Assembly: GCF_044324785.1 (NCBI RefSeq)
Contig: NZ_CP172127.1
DNA length: 64,000 bases
Source of the DNA: Escherichia coli
Lineage (GTDB): Bacteria; Pseudomonadota; Gammaproteobacteria; Enterobacterales; Enterobacteriaceae
Reading direction: 5' to 3' (one strand)
In this document: positions 12,891 through 41,873 of the stretch, in pieces
How the letters are laid out: each line of letters opens with the position of its first letter
How positions within the stretch are numbered: the stretch's first letter is position 1
Notes under the pieces: model-generated
What the model was told of the DNA's origin: nothing
Database searches by the model: none
What the model saw: only the letters and a program-made list of their open reading frames with translations
Position numbers and translations under genes: made by a program

Positions 12891-13583
12891 TTATTCTTTC
12901 GCCGGACAGCCATGCTCACTAAACGGCCCAATCATGACCGATGGCCCGAGATATTTCGGCTGGCGATGGAGGATTTTTGCGTCAATCACCGCGCTGACGC
13001 GAGCGAGTTTCTCCCGCAGTTGAGTATAAAAACCGTGCTTCATATTGAGGTCTGGCGCGTTAAAGCCGATAGCGTCGATGCCGTACTGTTTTGCCAGCCA
13101 GATGGCGCGTTGGTTATGAAATTCTTGCGAGATAATGGTGATATGGTTTTCCCCAAACACCTTTTTGGCACGCACTACCGAATCCAGCGTTGAGAATCCG
13201 GCATAGTCGCAGAAGATCACTTTCGCCGGTACGCCTTTAGCGATCAAAGCCTGCTGCATACCTGATGCTTCATCGTAATTTTTACGTCCGTTATCGCCAC
13301 TGACTAACAGCCATTTCACTTTTCCGGCGTGGTACAATGCTGCTGCGGTATCAATACGTCGGGTAAAGTAGCGATTACCCGGCCTCGCCCCCAGCAATAA
13401 ACCCACGTTACGCGCCGGAACTGCGTTGACATCGCTCCAGGTCAGCTGCTTGCTGGTGTTGACCATAACGCGATCGGCAATAAAAATGGTCGCTCCTGCT
13501 ATAAGCAACAATAAACAGCCAATCTTAAGAGTCCGGCGAGAAAAACAAATACGGAGAAGAAGGCGGGCAAAGGCGCGCAGCAT
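12891..13583 (-). CDS. ygjQ: DUF218 (YdcF-like) protein YgjQ
   Basis: 230-aa ORF with N-terminal TM segment; gene order. Confidence 0.85.
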   Translation of the reverse strand: MLRAFARLLLRICFSRRTLKIGCLLLLIAGATIFIADRVMVNTSKQLTWSDVNAVPARNVGLLLGARPGNRYFTRRIDTAAALYHAGKVKWLLVSGDNGRKNYDEASGMQQALIAKGVPAKVIFCDYAGFSTLDSVVRAKKVFGENHITIISQEFHNQRAIWLAKQYGIDAIGFNAPDLNMKHGFYTQLREKLARVSAVIDAKILHRQPKYLGPSVMIGPFSEHGCPAKE

Positions 13584-13659
13584 GGTCGTTATCCTTAACG
13601 AAAGGGGGGAGGTCGATTTTAGGCGCTAAAGGAAGAAAAGATAACGCCTGACATCATTT

Positions 13660-14163
13660 TCAGATTTTGTCCTGCCCAAGTGACAACTGCGTTAGCCACA
13701 GCCGAGTGTCGAATTCAAGCTGGTGGTACTGCGGCTCCATATGACAGCACAATTGATAGAACGCTTTGTTATGCTCTTTCTCCTTCAGGTGCGCCAACTC
13801 GTGCACCACGATCATGCGCAAAAACGGTTCCGGCGCGTTGCGAAACACGGTAGCGACGCGGATCTCCGCCTTTGCTTTCAGCTTACCGCCCTGCACACGC
13901 GAAATAGCGGTATGTAACCCGAGCGCGTTTTTCAGCACATGGATCTTATTGTCATACATCACTTTAGTGATCGGCGGGGCATTGCGCAGAAACTGATTTT
14001 TCAGATCCTGAGTATATTGCCAGAGGGCTTTATCGGTGGCGTAGTCGTGTGTTCCCGGATAACGTTTTGCCAGCACATCGCCCAGACGCTGTTCGTTAAT
14101 CAGCGTTCGCACCTGGGAAAGTAGCTGCTCGGGATAACCCTGAAGATAAGTAAGATTGCTCAT
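13660..14163 (-). CDS. ygjP: Predicted zinc metallohydrolase YgjP (HExxH-type motif HELAHL)
   Basis: ORF 13660..14199, start trimmed to [19 protein letters not shown] motif in sequence. Confidence 0.8.
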   Translation of the reverse strand: MSNLTYLQGYPEQLLSQVRTLINEQRLGDVLAKRYPGTHDYATDKALWQYTQDLKNQFLRNAPPITKVMYDNKIHVLKNALGLHTAISRVQGGKLKAKAEIRVATVFRNAPEPFLRMIVVHELAHLKEKEHNKAFYQLCCHMEPQYHQLEFDTRLWLTQLSLGQDKI

Positions 14164-14247
14164 AACCGCCCACGAAAAAGAGAAAAAGGGTATACTCACG
14201 CACCCTTTTCAGGGGCAACGTCGAAATTTTATCATCCAGGAGGGCCG

Positions 14248-15384
14248 ATGAGCCACTTAGACAACGGTTTCCGTTCACTGACACTACAACGTTTTCCGGC
14301 GACGGATGACGTTAACCCGCTACAGGCGTGGGAAGCGGCGGATGAATATTTGCTGCAACAGTTGGACGACACAGAAATCCGCGGCCCGGTGTTGATCCTG
14401 AATGATGCCTTTGGCGCGTTAAGTTGTGCGCTGGCGGAACATAAGCCGTACAGCATTGGCGACTCATACATCAGCGAACTGGCGACGCGCGAGAATTTAC
14501 GCCTCAACGGGATTGATGAATCGAGCGTGAAGTTTCTCGACAGCACCGCTGACTACCCGCAACAGCCGGGAGTGGTGCTGATCAAAGTACCGAAAACACT
14601 GGCATTGCTGGAACAGCAACTGCGTGCGCTGCGCAAAGTGGTCACGCCGGATGCACGTATTATTGCCGGTGCCAAAGCCCGTGACATCCACACTTCCACG
14701 CTGGAACTGTTCGAAAAAGTGCTCGGCCCGACCACCACCACACTGGCATGGAAAAAAGCGCGCCTGATTAACTGTACATTCAATGAACCGCCACTGGTCG
14801 ATGCGCCGCAGACCGTTAGCTGGAAGCTGGAAGGTACTGACTGGACTATCCACAACCATGCGAATGTCTTCTCCCGCACCGGGCTGGATATTGGCGCGCG
14901 CTTCTTTATGCAACATCTGCCAGAGAATCTCGAAGGTGAGATTGTCGATCTCGGTTGCGGTAATGGCGTTATTGGCCTGACATTGCTCGATAAAAACCCG
15001 CAGGCGAAAGTGGTGTTTGTCGATGAATCACCGATGGCGGTTGCTTCCAGCCGTTTGAACGTAGAAACCAACATGCCAGAGGCGTTGGATCGCTGCGAGT
15101 TTATGATCAACAACGCGCTCTCCGGCGTGGAGCCTTTCCGTTTTAATGCTGTGCTCTGCAACCCGCCGTTTCATCAGCAACATGCGCTGACCGATAACGT
15201 CGCCTGGGAGATGTTCCACCACGCCCGCCGCTGTCTGAAAATCAACGGCGAGCTGTATATCGTTGCCAACCGTCACCTGGATTACTTCCATAAACTGAAG
15301 AAGATTTTCGGCAACTGCACCACCATCGCCACGAATAATAAATTTGTGGTGCTGAAAGCAGTGAAGCTGGGGCGTCGTCGGTAA
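14248..15384 (+). CDS. rlmG: 23S rRNA (guanine1835-N2)-methyltransferase RlmG
   Basis: 378-aa ORF; SAM-methyltransferase motif [11 protein letters not shown]; recalled RlmG (YgjO). Confidence 0.9.
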   Translation: MSHLDNGFRSLTLQRFPATDDVNPLQAWEAADEYLLQQLDDTEIRGPVLILNDAFGALSCALAEHKPYSIGDSYISELATRENLRLNGIDESSVKFLDSTADYPQQPGVVLIKVPKTLALLEQQLRALRKVVTPDARIIAGAKARDIHTSTLELFEKVLGPTTTTLAWKKARLINCTFNEPPLVDAPQTVSWKLEGTDWTIHNHANVFSRTGLDIGARFFMQHLPENLEGEIVDLGCGNGVIGLTLLDKNPQAKVVFVDESPMAVASSRLNVETNMPEALDRCEFMINNALSGVEPFRFNAVLCNPPFHQQHALTDNVAWEMFHHARRCLKINGELYIVANRHLDYFHKLKKIFGNCTTIATNNKFVVLKAVKLGRRR

Positions 15385-15399
15385 GATTGGCAGCTACCT

Positions 15400-15487
15400 G
15401 CCAGATAAGGCGTAAACGCCTTATCTGGCCTACGTTCAGCACATTACCCCCAGGTCGGATAAGACGCGGCAAGCCTCGCATCCGGCA
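15400..15487. repeat. BIME: two REP elements between rlmG and fadH
   Basis: gccagataaggcgtaaacgccttatctggcctac and gtcggataagacgcggcaagcctcgcatccggcac match REP consensus types. Confidence 0.65.
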
Positions 15488-15501
15488 CTTCAATGCACAA
15501 T

Positions 15502-17547
<2,046 letters not shown>

Positions 17548-17650
17548 TTATGTGGTCGGATGAGTTCTAATTTAGCCGTCGCCGGAGAAAAGGGAAAAGG
17601 GGAGTGCGGGGTTTGTGATGGGATTCAAAAAGAATACGCCCATTGGAAAT

Positions 17651-17718
<68 letters not shown>

Positions 17719-17719
17719 G

Positions 17720-17756
<37 letters not shown>

Positions 17757-17777
17757 GGGCAGGCTACGGAGATAGTA

Positions 17778-19384
<1,607 letters not shown>

Positions 19385-19419
19385 TCAGGGGGCAGATAGT
19401 GCCGTGTTTGCTCACTGGC

Positions 19420-19594
<175 letters not shown>

Positions 19595-19595
19595 T

Positions 19596-23222
<3,627 letters not shown>

Positions 23223-23223
23223 A

Positions 23224-29481
<6,258 letters not shown>

Positions 29482-29489
29482 TTATCGGA

Positions 29490-29549
<60 letters not shown>

Positions 29550-29551
29550 TG

Positions 29552-29981
<430 letters not shown>

Positions 29982-30022
29982 AACAATCGGATGGCGACGT
30001 CGTATCTCCATCCGACTTGATA

Positions 30023-31537
<1,515 letters not shown>

Positions 31538-31819
31538 TTAACATTTGCTGTTATTTTGCACGGTTTTTGTCGGGTATGGATTTGGCGATTGCTGCGCAAA
31601 TGCACACTTTCAGGGCAACAACTGCCTGATTTTTGGGCAAGATAATTAACGTTTTCGTATAGTAACAGAGTGAAAGTATTTTAAATCAAGGGATTAGATT
31701 TATGCTTTAATCGCAAATTGCGATCTAAATCAAATTAATCAGTTAAAGATAACCGCAGCGGGGCCGACATAAACTCTGACAAGAAGTTAACAACCATATA
31801 ACCTGCACAGGACGCGAAC

Positions 31820-33340
31820 ATGTCTTCTCATCCGTATGTCACCCAGCAAAATACCCCGCTGGCGGACGATACCACTCTGATGTCCACTACCGATCTGCAA
31901 AGCTATATCACTCATGCTAATGACACTTTTGTGCAGGTGAGCGGCTATACCTTGCAGGAGTTACAGGGTCAACCGCACAACATGGTGCGTCACCCGGATA
32001 TGCCAAAAGCGGCATTTGCGGATATGTGGTTCACCCTGAAAAAAGGGGAGCCCTGGAGTGGCATCGTGAAAAATCGCCGCAAAAATGGCGACCATTATTG
32101 GGTGCGGGCCAATGCGGTACCGATGGTGCGCGAGGGAAAAATCAGTGGCTATATGTCGATTCGTACCCGGGCGACGGATGAAGAGATCGCGGCGGTGGAG
32201 CCGCTGTACAAAGCGCTAAATGCCGGACGTACCGGTAAGCGTATTCATAAAGGCCTGGTGGTGCGTAAAGGCTGGCTGGGTAAACTGCCTTCATTACCGC
32301 TTCGCTGGCGGGCGCGTGGCGTGATGACCCTGATGTTTATCTTGCTGGCGGTCATGCTTTGGTTTGTTGCTGCCCCGGTGGTGACGTATATCCTCTGTGC
32401 GTTAGTGGTATTGTTGGCAAGCGCCTGTTTTGAATGGCAGATTGTGCGCCCGATAGAAAATGTCGCCCGTCAGGCACTGAAGGTGGCGACCGGAGAGCGT
32501 AATAGTGTTGAGCATCTGAATCGCAGCGATGAGCTGGGGCTGACATTACGCGCGGTAGGGCAGCTTGGCCTGATGTGCCGTTGGCTAATTAACGATGTCT
32601 CAAGCCAGGTGTCCAGTGTCAGAAACGGCAGTGAGACGCTGGCGAAAGGCACCGATGAACTGAACGAACATACCCAGCAGACAGTTGATAACGTTCAGCA
32701 AACGGTGGCGACCATGAACCAAATGGCGGCGTCGGTGAAACAGAACTCTGCCACGGCGTCGGCTGCCGATAAACTGTCAATCACTGCCAGTAATGCGGCA
32801 GTGCAGGGCGGGGAGGCGATGACCACGGTGATCAAGACAATGGACGATATCGCCGACAGTACCCAGCGCATTGGCACCATTACTTCGCTGATTAACGATA
32901 TTGCGTTTCAGACCAATATTCTGGCCCTGAATGCGGCGGTGGAAGCGGCGCGTGCCGGCGAACAAGGCAAAGGTTTTGCAGTGGTGGCAGGGGAAGTGCG
33001 TCATTTAGCCAGCCGCAGCGCCAATGCTGCCAACGATATTCGCAAGCTGATTGATGCCAGTGCTGATAAGGTGCAATCCGGTTCGCAGCAGGTACATGCA
33101 GCCGGACGGACGATGGAAGATATTGTGGCACAGGTGAAAAACGTCACCCAATTGATCGCCCAGATTAGCCATTCAACGCTGGAACAGGCCGATGGGCTTT
33201 CCAGCCTGACCCGTGCAGTGGATGAGCTTAACCTCATCACCCAGAAAAATGCCGAGCTGGTGGAAGAGAGTGCGCAGGTGTCGGCGATGGTGAAACACCG
33301 CGCCAGCCGACTGGAAGACGCGGTGACGGTGCTGCATTAA
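31820..33340 (+). CDS. aer: Aerotaxis receptor Aer (PAS-FAD, HAMP, MCP signalling domain)
   Basis: 506-aa [37 protein letters not shown]...; C-terminal MCP signalling domain. Confidence 0.95.
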   Translation: MSSHPYVTQQNTPLADDTTLMSTTDLQSYITHANDTFVQVSGYTLQELQGQPHNMVRHPDMPKAAFADMWFTLKKGEPWSGIVKNRRKNGDHYWVRANAVPMVREGKISGYMSIRTRATDEEIAAVEPLYKALNAGRTGKRIHKGLVVRKGWLGKLPSLPLRWRARGVMTLMFILLAVMLWFVAAPVVTYILCALVVLLASACFEWQIVRPIENVARQALKVATGERNSVEHLNRSDELGLTLRAVGQLGLMCRWLINDVSSQVSSVRNGSETLAKGTDELNEHTQQTVDNVQQTVATMNQMAASVKQNSATASAADKLSITASNAAVQGGEAMTTVIKTMDDIADSTQRIGTITSLINDIAFQTNILALNAAVEAARAGEQGKGFAVVAGEVRHLASRSANAANDIRKLIDASADKVQSGSQQVHAAGRTMEDIVAQVKNVTQLIAQISHSTLEQADGLSSLTRAVDELNLITQKNAELVEESAQVSAMVKHRASRLEDAVTVLH

Positions 33341-33368
33341 TCGGTATGTCGCATCCGGCAATCGGTGA

Positions 33369-33992
33369 TTAATCCAGTTGCGTAATATCAAAAGCGGCGC
33401 GGTCGATCACCGCAATGATCTTTTTTATTTGTGCATCAGTGATATCGCTCTGGTTGACGCGTAAATCCAGCACCGCTTTAAAATTATCCAGCGCCCGCTT
33501 CATTTGCGGGTTCTGGCGCAGCGCTGCGCCAACGCAACGCGCTTTGATGCGTTCTTCAATCATCTTCACCTGTTCGCGGTTTTCTTCCAGCCACTGCGCG
33601 CCTTGTTCGGTCAACGCAATCTGCTTCTTACCACCTTCCTCTTCGCGGATGGTAATCAGCGACTGCTCCTGGAGAAAATCCAGCGTCGGGTAGATGACGC
33701 CCGGGCTTGGGGTGTAATTCCCCTGGGTCAGATTTTCAATCGCTTTAATCAACTCGTAACCGTGGCTGTCATCGCGCGAGAGAATATCCAGAATCACCAG
33801 ACGCAATTCACCGTGACCAAAGAAACGCTGCCGACGACCGCCGCCGCGACCGTGGCGACCACCGCAGCATTGACCGTGTTCATGCTGGTGACCGTGTCCG
33901 CAGTGCTCGTGTTCTGACTTCTCACCTTTGCAGCAGCCCTCATGGCGTGGCTGGCCTTCATGTTTACAACACCCTTCGTGATGATGGCTCAT
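33369..33992 (-). CDS. yqjI: PadR-family regulator YqjI (NfeR) with His/Cys-rich N-terminus
   Basis: 207-aa ORF MSHHHEGCCKHEGQPRHEGCCKGEKSEHEHCGHGHQHEHGQCCGG... Confidence 0.9.
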   Translation of the reverse strand: MSHHHEGCCKHEGQPRHEGCCKGEKSEHEHCGHGHQHEHGQCCGGRHGRGGGRRQRFFGHGELRLVILDILSRDDSHGYELIKAIENLTQGNYTPSPGVIYPTLDFLQEQSLITIREEEGGKKQIALTEQGAQWLEENREQVKMIEERIKARCVGAALRQNPQMKRALDNFKAVLDLRVNQSDITDAQIKKIIAVIDRAAFDITQLD

Positions 33993-33994
33993 AT

Positions 33995-34268
33995 CAGCCT
34001 CCTTTTGCTTAATTAGATATATCTAATTTATATCTGATATGAGCATTACTGCAAGTACAAAAATGATTTTTAAACGTGAATACACCTCACATCCAGGCCG
34101 GATAATACGTTCATGCCGCATCCGACAGCCTTGCTACGACGCTGAATGTCTTCTCATACTTCAGATATATCAGTTCTACAAATCGCTTGCATTTATCATG
34201 ATTAACAATCATTATCATTTGCGAAATTTATTTAGATATATCTGATTACTATCACGAAGGCGATAACA
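33995..34268. promoter_or_regulatory. Divergent yqjI/yqjH control region with probable Fur box and repeated AGATATATCT palindromes
   Basis: aacaatcattatcatt at about 34204-34220 resembles the Fur box; GATATATC-core palindromes at about 34015-34024, 34064-34071, 34234-34243; REP-like element at about 34096-34133. Confidence 0.5.
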
Positions 34269-35033
34269 ATGAATAACTCCCCCCGCTACCCGCAGCGCGT
34301 TCGCAATGATCTGCGCTTCCGTGAACTGACTGTGCTACGCGTTGAGCGTATTAGCGCCGGTTTTCAGCGCATTGTCCTTGGCGGCGAGGCGCTGGACGGT
34401 TTTACATCGCGCGGCTTTGACGATCACAGCAAACTCTTCTTTCCTCAATCTGATGCTCACTTTGTGCCGCCAACGGTAACGGAAGAGGGTATCGTCTGGC
34501 CGGAAGGACCACGCCCACCGTCGCGTGACTATACGCCGCTGTATGACGAACTACGCCATGAACTGGCGATTGATTTCTTTATTCACGAAGGTGGCGTCGC
34601 CAGCAGCTGGGCAATGCAGGCGCAACCGGGCGATAAACTCACGGTGGCAGGTCCGCGAGGTTCGCTGGTGGTGCCAGAGGATTACGCGTATCAGCTGTAT
34701 GTCTGCGATGAATCCGGAATGCCCGCACTGCGCCGCCGCCTGGAAACGTTGAGCAAACTTGCCGTTAAACCGCAAGTTAGCGCGCTGGTTAGCGTGCGGG
34801 ATAACGCCTGCCAGGATTATCTCGCGCACCTTGATGGTTTTAATATCGAATGGCTGGCACATGATGAGCAGGCAGTAGATGCGCGTCTGGCGCAGATGCA
34901 AATCCCTGCCGATGATTACTTCATCTGGATAACCGGCGAAGGCAAAGTCGTTAAGAATTTAAGCCGCCGCTTTGAAGCGGAACAGTATGATCCACAGCGG
35001 GTACGTGCAGCGGCTTACTGGCACGCAAAGTAA
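34269..35033 (+). CDS. yqjH: Ferric-siderophore reductase YqjH (NfeF), FAD-binding
   Basis: 254-aa ORF MNNSPRYPQRVRNDLRFRELTVLRVERISAGFQRIVLGG. Confidence 0.9.
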   Translation: MNNSPRYPQRVRNDLRFRELTVLRVERISAGFQRIVLGGEALDGFTSRGFDDHSKLFFPQSDAHFVPPTVTEEGIVWPEGPRPPSRDYTPLYDELRHELAIDFFIHEGGVASSWAMQAQPGDKLTVAGPRGSLVVPEDYAYQLYVCDESGMPALRRRLETLSKLAVKPQVSALVSVRDNACQDYLAHLDGFNIEWLAHDEQAVDARLAQMQIPADDYFIWITGEGKVVKNLSRRFEAEQYDPQRVRAAAYWHAK

Positions 35034-35044
35034 CTGATATATAA

Positions 35045-35079
35045 AAAGAAAAAGGCTGACGATTTCTCGTCAGCCTTTG
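35045..35079. terminator. Bidirectional rho-independent terminator between yqjH and ileX
   Basis: Stem aggctgacga / tcgtcagcct flanked by A-run and T-run. Confidence 0.6.
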
Positions 35080-35086
35080 CTATATC

Positions 35087-35162
35087 TGGTGGCCCCTGCT
35101 GGACTTGAACCAGCGACCAAGCGATTATGAGTCGCCTGCTCTAACCACTGAGCTAAGGGGCC
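35087..35162 (-). tRNA. ileX: tRNA-Ile(CAU), lysidine-modified minor isoleucine tRNA
   Basis: Minus strand reads GGCCCCTTAGCTCAGTGGTTAGAGCAGGCGACTCATAATCGCTTGGTCGCTGGTTCAAGTCCAGCAGGGGCCACCA: 7-bp acceptor stem, CAT anticodon, encoded CCA end. Confidence 0.9.
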
Positions 35163-35286
35163 ATGGTAGCGGATTATAAAGTAACTCCGTGTCGCAATCC
35201 AGCCATTACCGCGCGCCTGCTGTTTTTATAAACAATGTATTTTCAATCCGTTATACTTTTCCTGGTGATGTTAGAAAGGAGTAAAT

Positions 35287-35793
35287 ATGGTTGAGGATAT
35301 TTTGGCTCCAGGGTTACGGGTCGTGTTTTGCGGTATCAACCCTGGGCTTTCATCCGCCGGGACTGGTTTTCCCTTTGCTCATCCGGCAAATCGCTTCTGG
35401 AAGGTGATATATCAGGCCGGGTTTACCGACCGTCAGTTGAAGCCGGAAGAGGCGCAGCATCTGCTGGATTATCGTTGTGGCGTCACCAAACTGGTAGACC
35501 GTCCAACGGTGCAAGCCAATGAAGTTTCAAAGCAAGAGCTACACGCAGGCGGGCGTAAGCTGATTGAAAAAATTGAAAATTACCAACCACAAGCGTTGGC
35601 GATTCTGGGCAAACAAGCATATGAACAGGGATTCAGCCAGCGCGGTGCACAGTGGGGGAAACAAACGCTCACCATTGGTTCGACGCAGATTTGGGTGCTG
35701 CCAAATCCCAGCGGTTTAAGTCGCGTTTCACTGGAGAAACTGGTTGAAGCGTATCGCGAGCTGGACCAGGCGCTGGTAGTGCGGGGCCTGTGA
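35287..35793 (+). CDS. mug: G/U mismatch-specific DNA glycosylase Mug
   Basis: 168-aa [41 protein letters not shown]. Confidence 0.95.
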   Translation: MVEDILAPGLRVVFCGINPGLSSAGTGFPFAHPANRFWKVIYQAGFTDRQLKPEEAQHLLDYRCGVTKLVDRPTVQANEVSKQELHAGGRKLIEKIENYQPQALAILGKQAYEQGFSQRGAQWGKQTLTIGSTQIWVLPNPSGLSRVSLEKLVEAYRELDQALVVRGL

Positions 35794-35849
35794 AGTGCAG
35801 TGTAACGAAGTTATGAGCGGGCAAAGTACCGCTCCTTACAGATATGGGC

Positions 35850-36413
35850 TTATTCTTCCGCCAAACGGTCTCTGACTACCATAAGCGCAAATCCCAGCAG
35901 ATTTTTCCCCTTCCAGTGAGATGGCACACCGGCATGAGGATGATCTTTTGCAAGGCCAATCCCCCAGAGTTTATCCACCGGGCTGGCTTCAACCAAAATG
36001 CGGGACTGTGTATTTAGCAAGAATGTTTTCAATGCCGAATGTTGGCTAAATTTGTGATAGTTCCCTTCACAGACCAGCTCAAAGCAACTGGCTTGCCAGC
36101 GTTGTTCATCAAAGTTTGTCACCTGCCTCCCCAGCTTTTTGGCTTCTGCCGGGGTCGCCGCCGCCAGAATTCTGGCAAGCGTTTTACTGTCATTAAACAG
36201 CCGCGCTTTTCCTGCCATCATCCAGTGCTCTGCGGTAGCGTAGGTTATACCACCATAGGTAAAAGGCGAACCCTGCCACCACTGACTAAAGCAAGAGGCG
36301 GTAATTTCGTTATTCGAGGCAGGTTGATGGCCCCAGAACCACAGGTATTTCACTTTTTTCCCGGAATCAAGGGCGGAAAGAAGGGCGGGGAGAGAATAGT
36401 ATCCTTGCTGCAT
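35850..36413 (-). CDS. NADAR-domain (YbiA-like, DUF1768) protein
   Basis: 187-aa ORF with hallmarks of the YbiA/NADAR family (...GITYATAEHWMMAGKA...WGIGL...GKNLLGFALMVVRDRL); sits between rpoD and mug. Confidence 0.7.
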   Translation of the reverse strand: MQQGYYSLPALLSALDSGKKVKYLWFWGHQPASNNEITASCFSQWWQGSPFTYGGITYATAEHWMMAGKARLFNDSKTLARILAAATPAEAKKLGRQVTNFDEQRWQASCFELVCEGNYHKFSQHSALKTFLLNTQSRILVEASPVDKLWGIGLAKDHPHAGVPSHWKGKNLLGFALMVVRDRLAEE

Positions 36414-36430
36414 TGCCAGATTTCCTTAAT

Positions 36431-36454
36431 AAAAAAGCCCTCACGATGGAGGGC
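36431..36454 (-). terminator. rpoD rho-independent terminator
   Basis: Minus strand gccctccatcgtgagggc hairpin followed by U-run, just after the rpoD stop. Confidence 0.65.
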
Positions 36455-36472
36455 TTATGCATATCTTTACGA

Positions 36473-38314
<1,842 letters not shown>

Positions 38315-38508
38315 AAGACGGTATCCACACTTATTTCATGAGGTTGGTGTTGGGCGATTGACCCGATGTCCTTCAGCCGTTAACGCTGAAATCCAACGGT
38401 TGTTTACCGCCAACGATAATTACGAGGGCGTACTTATATATTTGCCGCTGCCTCTCAGTGCGGCTGTCGGGGGCTTCCCGATCGCTCTTCGGCACTTAAG
38501 CCGTTAAA

Positions 38509-40254
38509 TCACTTTTTCGCCAGCTCCTGGTTTAATGTCCAGAGCTCCAGGCGTTCTTCGTTGCTTAAACCATGCGTGCGCTCACGAGCGATTAACTCTT
38601 CCTGGCGCAGTTCAAGCAGCGAATCAAACATATGGTTGAGTGAGTCGGTGAAGGTTTGCTCAGCAATATTCTTATCTGCTATATCGTCCCACATCGACAG
38701 TTTTTCAAGGGTGGCAGCATTATTTGTACCACGATAGTGCTCTAAAAGTTGCCCGGTGGTCAGACCTGGCTGGGAGAGACAAGTGTTGACCAGTTCTCTG
38801 AATAAGCCAAGTCCAGGGAGCTTATTTTCATCCAGATTCTCAAGCGGCGGGACCAACGTCGCTAATTCTGGATTTTGCACCAGCAACCCTATAAGTATAC
38901 GCATGGTCGTGCGTTTTAGCTGCGGAACAGGGCGAGAAACGCCGCTCTCTGCCGCTTTTGGGATTAATCGTTCAAGCTGGCTGTCATCAAGTATGCCTAA
39001 TTTGTTGCCTAATTCCTGACGAAGATATATTCGCAGCGTTTCGCCCGGCACTTGCGATATCAATGGCAGTGCCAGCGTACTCAAACGTGCCCGCCCGTCA
39101 GGGGTACTCAGATCAACTTGCGGCATCAGGCTGTTAAACAGAAATGCGGAGAGCGGCATCGCCTGCTCCATCCGCGCTTCAAACGCTTCTTTACCTTCTT
39201 TTCGTACCAGCGTGTCAGGGTCTTCGCCATCAGGCAAAAACATAAAGCGTAGCTGACGACCGTCTGTCATGTAAGGCAGCGCCGTTTCCAGCGCTCGCCA
39301 TGCGGCATCGCGGCCTGCACGGTCGCCGTCATAACAGCAAATGACATTGTTGGTCGCGCGGAACAACAGTTGTATGTGGTCGGCGGTGGTTGACGTACCT
39401 AACGACGCAACGGCGTAATTAATACCGTATTGCGCCAGCGCCACCACGTCCATATAGCCTTCGACCACAAGCAGACGATTGGGTTCAGCGTTATCCTGCT
39501 GCGCTTCATAAAGACCGTAAAGCTGGCGGCCTTTATGGAAAATGTCCGTTTCCGGCGAGTTCAGGTATTTGGGGGTATCGTTGCCCAGCACGCGTCCGCC
39601 AAAACCAATCACCCGACCGCGTTTATCGCGAATGGGGAACATCACCCGCTCGCGGAAACGATCGTAACTGCGTCCCTGATCGTTAGTGACCAACATGCCC
39701 GCATCAATCAATGACTGGCGATTTTCTGGATTGCCGCCAAACCGCTTCAGGACGTTGTCCCAGCCAGGGGGGGCAAAACCAATCGCAAAGCGGGCGATAA
39801 CCTCGTGGCTTAATCCGCGTTTTTCCAGATACTGGCGCGCAGACGTGGCAACAGGTTGCTGTAAAGATTGTTGGTAAAACGTATTCAGACCGTCCATCAA
39901 CTGATAAAGCGTTTGTCGTTGATGGCGCTCGATCTGGCTGGGGCCGCTACCTGCTTCAAATGGCACTTCAAGATTGTGCATTGCTGCCAGCTCTTCGACC
40001 GTTTCGACGAACTCAAGCTTGTCGTAGTTCATCAGGAAGTCGATCGCGTTGCCGTGCGCGCCACATCCAAAGCAGTGGTAAAACTGTTTCTCACCGTTAA
40101 CGGTGAATGATGGGGTTTTCTCGTTGTGGAATGGACAACACGCGTGGAAATTCTTGCCCTGCTTTTTCAGCTTCACACGGGCATCGATCAGATCGACGAT
40201 GTCAGTGCGTGCCAGCAGATCATTAATGAATACGCGTGGGATTCGTCCAGCCAT
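38509..40254 (-). CDS. dnaG: DNA primase DnaG
   Basis: 581-aa ORF MAGRIPRVFINDLLARTDIVDLIDARVKLKKQGKNFHACCPFHNEKTPSF (zinc ribbon, TOPRIM). Confidence 0.98.
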   Translation of the reverse strand: MAGRIPRVFINDLLARTDIVDLIDARVKLKKQGKNFHACCPFHNEKTPSFTVNGEKQFYHCFGCGAHGNAIDFLMNYDKLEFVETVEELAAMHNLEVPFEAGSGPSQIERHQRQTLYQLMDGLNTFYQQSLQQPVATSARQYLEKRGLSHEVIARFAIGFAPPGWDNVLKRFGGNPENRQSLIDAGMLVTNDQGRSYDRFRERVMFPIRDKRGRVIGFGGRVLGNDTPKYLNSPETDIFHKGRQLYGLYEAQQDNAEPNRLLVVEGYMDVVALAQYGINYAVASLGTSTTADHIQLLFRATNNVICCYDGDRAGRDAAWRALETALPYMTDGRQLRFMFLPDGEDPDTLVRKEGKEAFEARMEQAMPLSAFLFNSLMPQVDLSTPDGRARLSTLALPLISQVPGETLRIYLRQELGNKLGILDDSQLERLIPKAAESGVSRPVPQLKRTTMRILIGLLVQNPELATLVPPLENLDENKLPGLGLFRELVNTCLSQPGLTTGQLLEHYRGTNNAATLEKLSMWDDIADKNIAEQTFTDSLNHMFDSLLELRQEELIARERTHGLSNEERLELWTLNQELAKK

Positions 40255-40364
40255 AGGCCCCGATTTTTAGCAATTCATAAACGAAAATAAGCCGCGCATT
40301 CCTTTCGGAAGCACGGCCTTACAACTACAACTCGGTCTGATCGGAGAGCAACGCTCTCGGGGAA

Positions 40365-40619
<255 letters not shown>

Positions 40620-40817
40620 TCAACGCCAGCTTATTTCAAAATGGTGCGGAATTTTACTGCAATTGCTGCTGCTTTGTAAAGCACCGCGGCCTTTTTTGAA
40701 AGGGACTTTTATAAGGGTGAGAAGTATACACGAGGCTTTCTCCAGGGGCGAACAAAGTTTTACATCAACCCGCATTGGTCCTACACTGCGCGGTAATAAA
40801 GCGAGGTAAAACAAGTC

Positions 40818-41831
40818 ATGCGTGTACTGGGTATTGAAACTTCCTGCGATGAAACCGGCATCGCCATTTACGACGATGAAAAAGGTTTGTTAGCCAACCA
40901 ATTGTATAGTCAGGTGAAATTGCACGCTGACTACGGCGGCGTAGTGCCTGAGCTGGCCTCCCGCGATCATGTGCGTAAAACCGTACCGTTGATCCAGGCG
41001 GCGCTAAAGGAGTCTGGTTTAACGGCAAAAGACATTGATGCTGTGGCCTATACCGCAGGCCCTGGATTAGTCGGCGCACTGCTGGTTGGCGCGACCGTGG
41101 GGCGTTCTCTGGCGTTTGCCTGGAACGTTCCGGCGATCCCTGTACACCATATGGAAGGGCATCTGTTAGCGCCGATGCTGGAAGATAACCCACCGGAATT
41201 TCCGTTTGTGGCGCTGCTGGTTTCCGGCGGTCATACGCAGTTAATCAGCGTGACTGGCATTGGTCAGTACGAGCTGCTCGGCGAGTCTATCGATGATGCG
41301 GCTGGTGAAGCGTTTGATAAAACCGCGAAGCTGCTGGGGCTGGATTATCCTGGCGGGCCATTACTGTCGAAAATGGCGGCTCAGGGTACAGCCGGGCGCT
41401 TTGTCTTCCCGCGCCCGATGACCGACCGTCCGGGGCTGGATTTCAGCTTCTCCGGCCTGAAAACCTTCGCGGCAAATACCATTCGTGACAACGGCACCGA
41501 CGACCAGACGCGTGCTGATATCGCCCGCGCCTTTGAAGATGCGGTGGTCGATACGCTGATGATTAAGTGCAAGCGGGCGCTGGATCAGACGGGCTTTAAG
41601 CGACTGGTCATGGCGGGCGGCGTGAGTGCTAACCGTACGTTACGGGCGAAGCTGGCTGAAATGATGAAAAAACGCCGCGGCGAAGTGTTCTACGCGCGTC
41701 CGGAATTTTGTACTGATAACGGCGCGATGATCGCCTATGCCGGAATGGTGCGGTTTAAAGCAGGCGCGACGGCGGATCTCGGCGTTAGCGTGCGTCCGCG
41801 CTGGCCGCTGGCGGAGTTACCGGCTGCGTAA
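40818..41831 (+). CDS. tsaD: tRNA N6-threonylcarbamoyladenosine synthase TsaD (YgjD/Gcp)
   Basis: 337-aa [35 protein letters not shown]; divergent from rpsU. Confidence 0.95.
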   Translation: MRVLGIETSCDETGIAIYDDEKGLLANQLYSQVKLHADYGGVVPELASRDHVRKTVPLIQAALKESGLTAKDIDAVAYTAGPGLVGALLVGATVGRSLAFAWNVPAIPVHHMEGHLLAPMLEDNPPEFPFVALLVSGGHTQLISVTGIGQYELLGESIDDAAGEAFDKTAKLLGLDYPGGPLLSKMAAQGTAGRFVFPRPMTDRPGLDFSFSGLKTFAANTIRDNGTDDQTRADIARAFEDAVVDTLMIKCKRALDQTGFKRLVMAGGVSANRTLRAKLAEMMKKRRGEVFYARPEFCTDNGAMIAYAGMVRFKAGATADLGVSVRPRWPLAELPAA

Positions 41832-41873
41832 AACTATCGAGTGCCGGAGAGTTACTTCCGGCACCGTCCTTAC

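Noticed and set aside
35087-35162. Genomic island or prophage integrated at tRNA ileX
   Set aside because: No integrase, direct repeats of the tRNA 3' end or phage genes nearby; flanks are the usual yqjH and mug.
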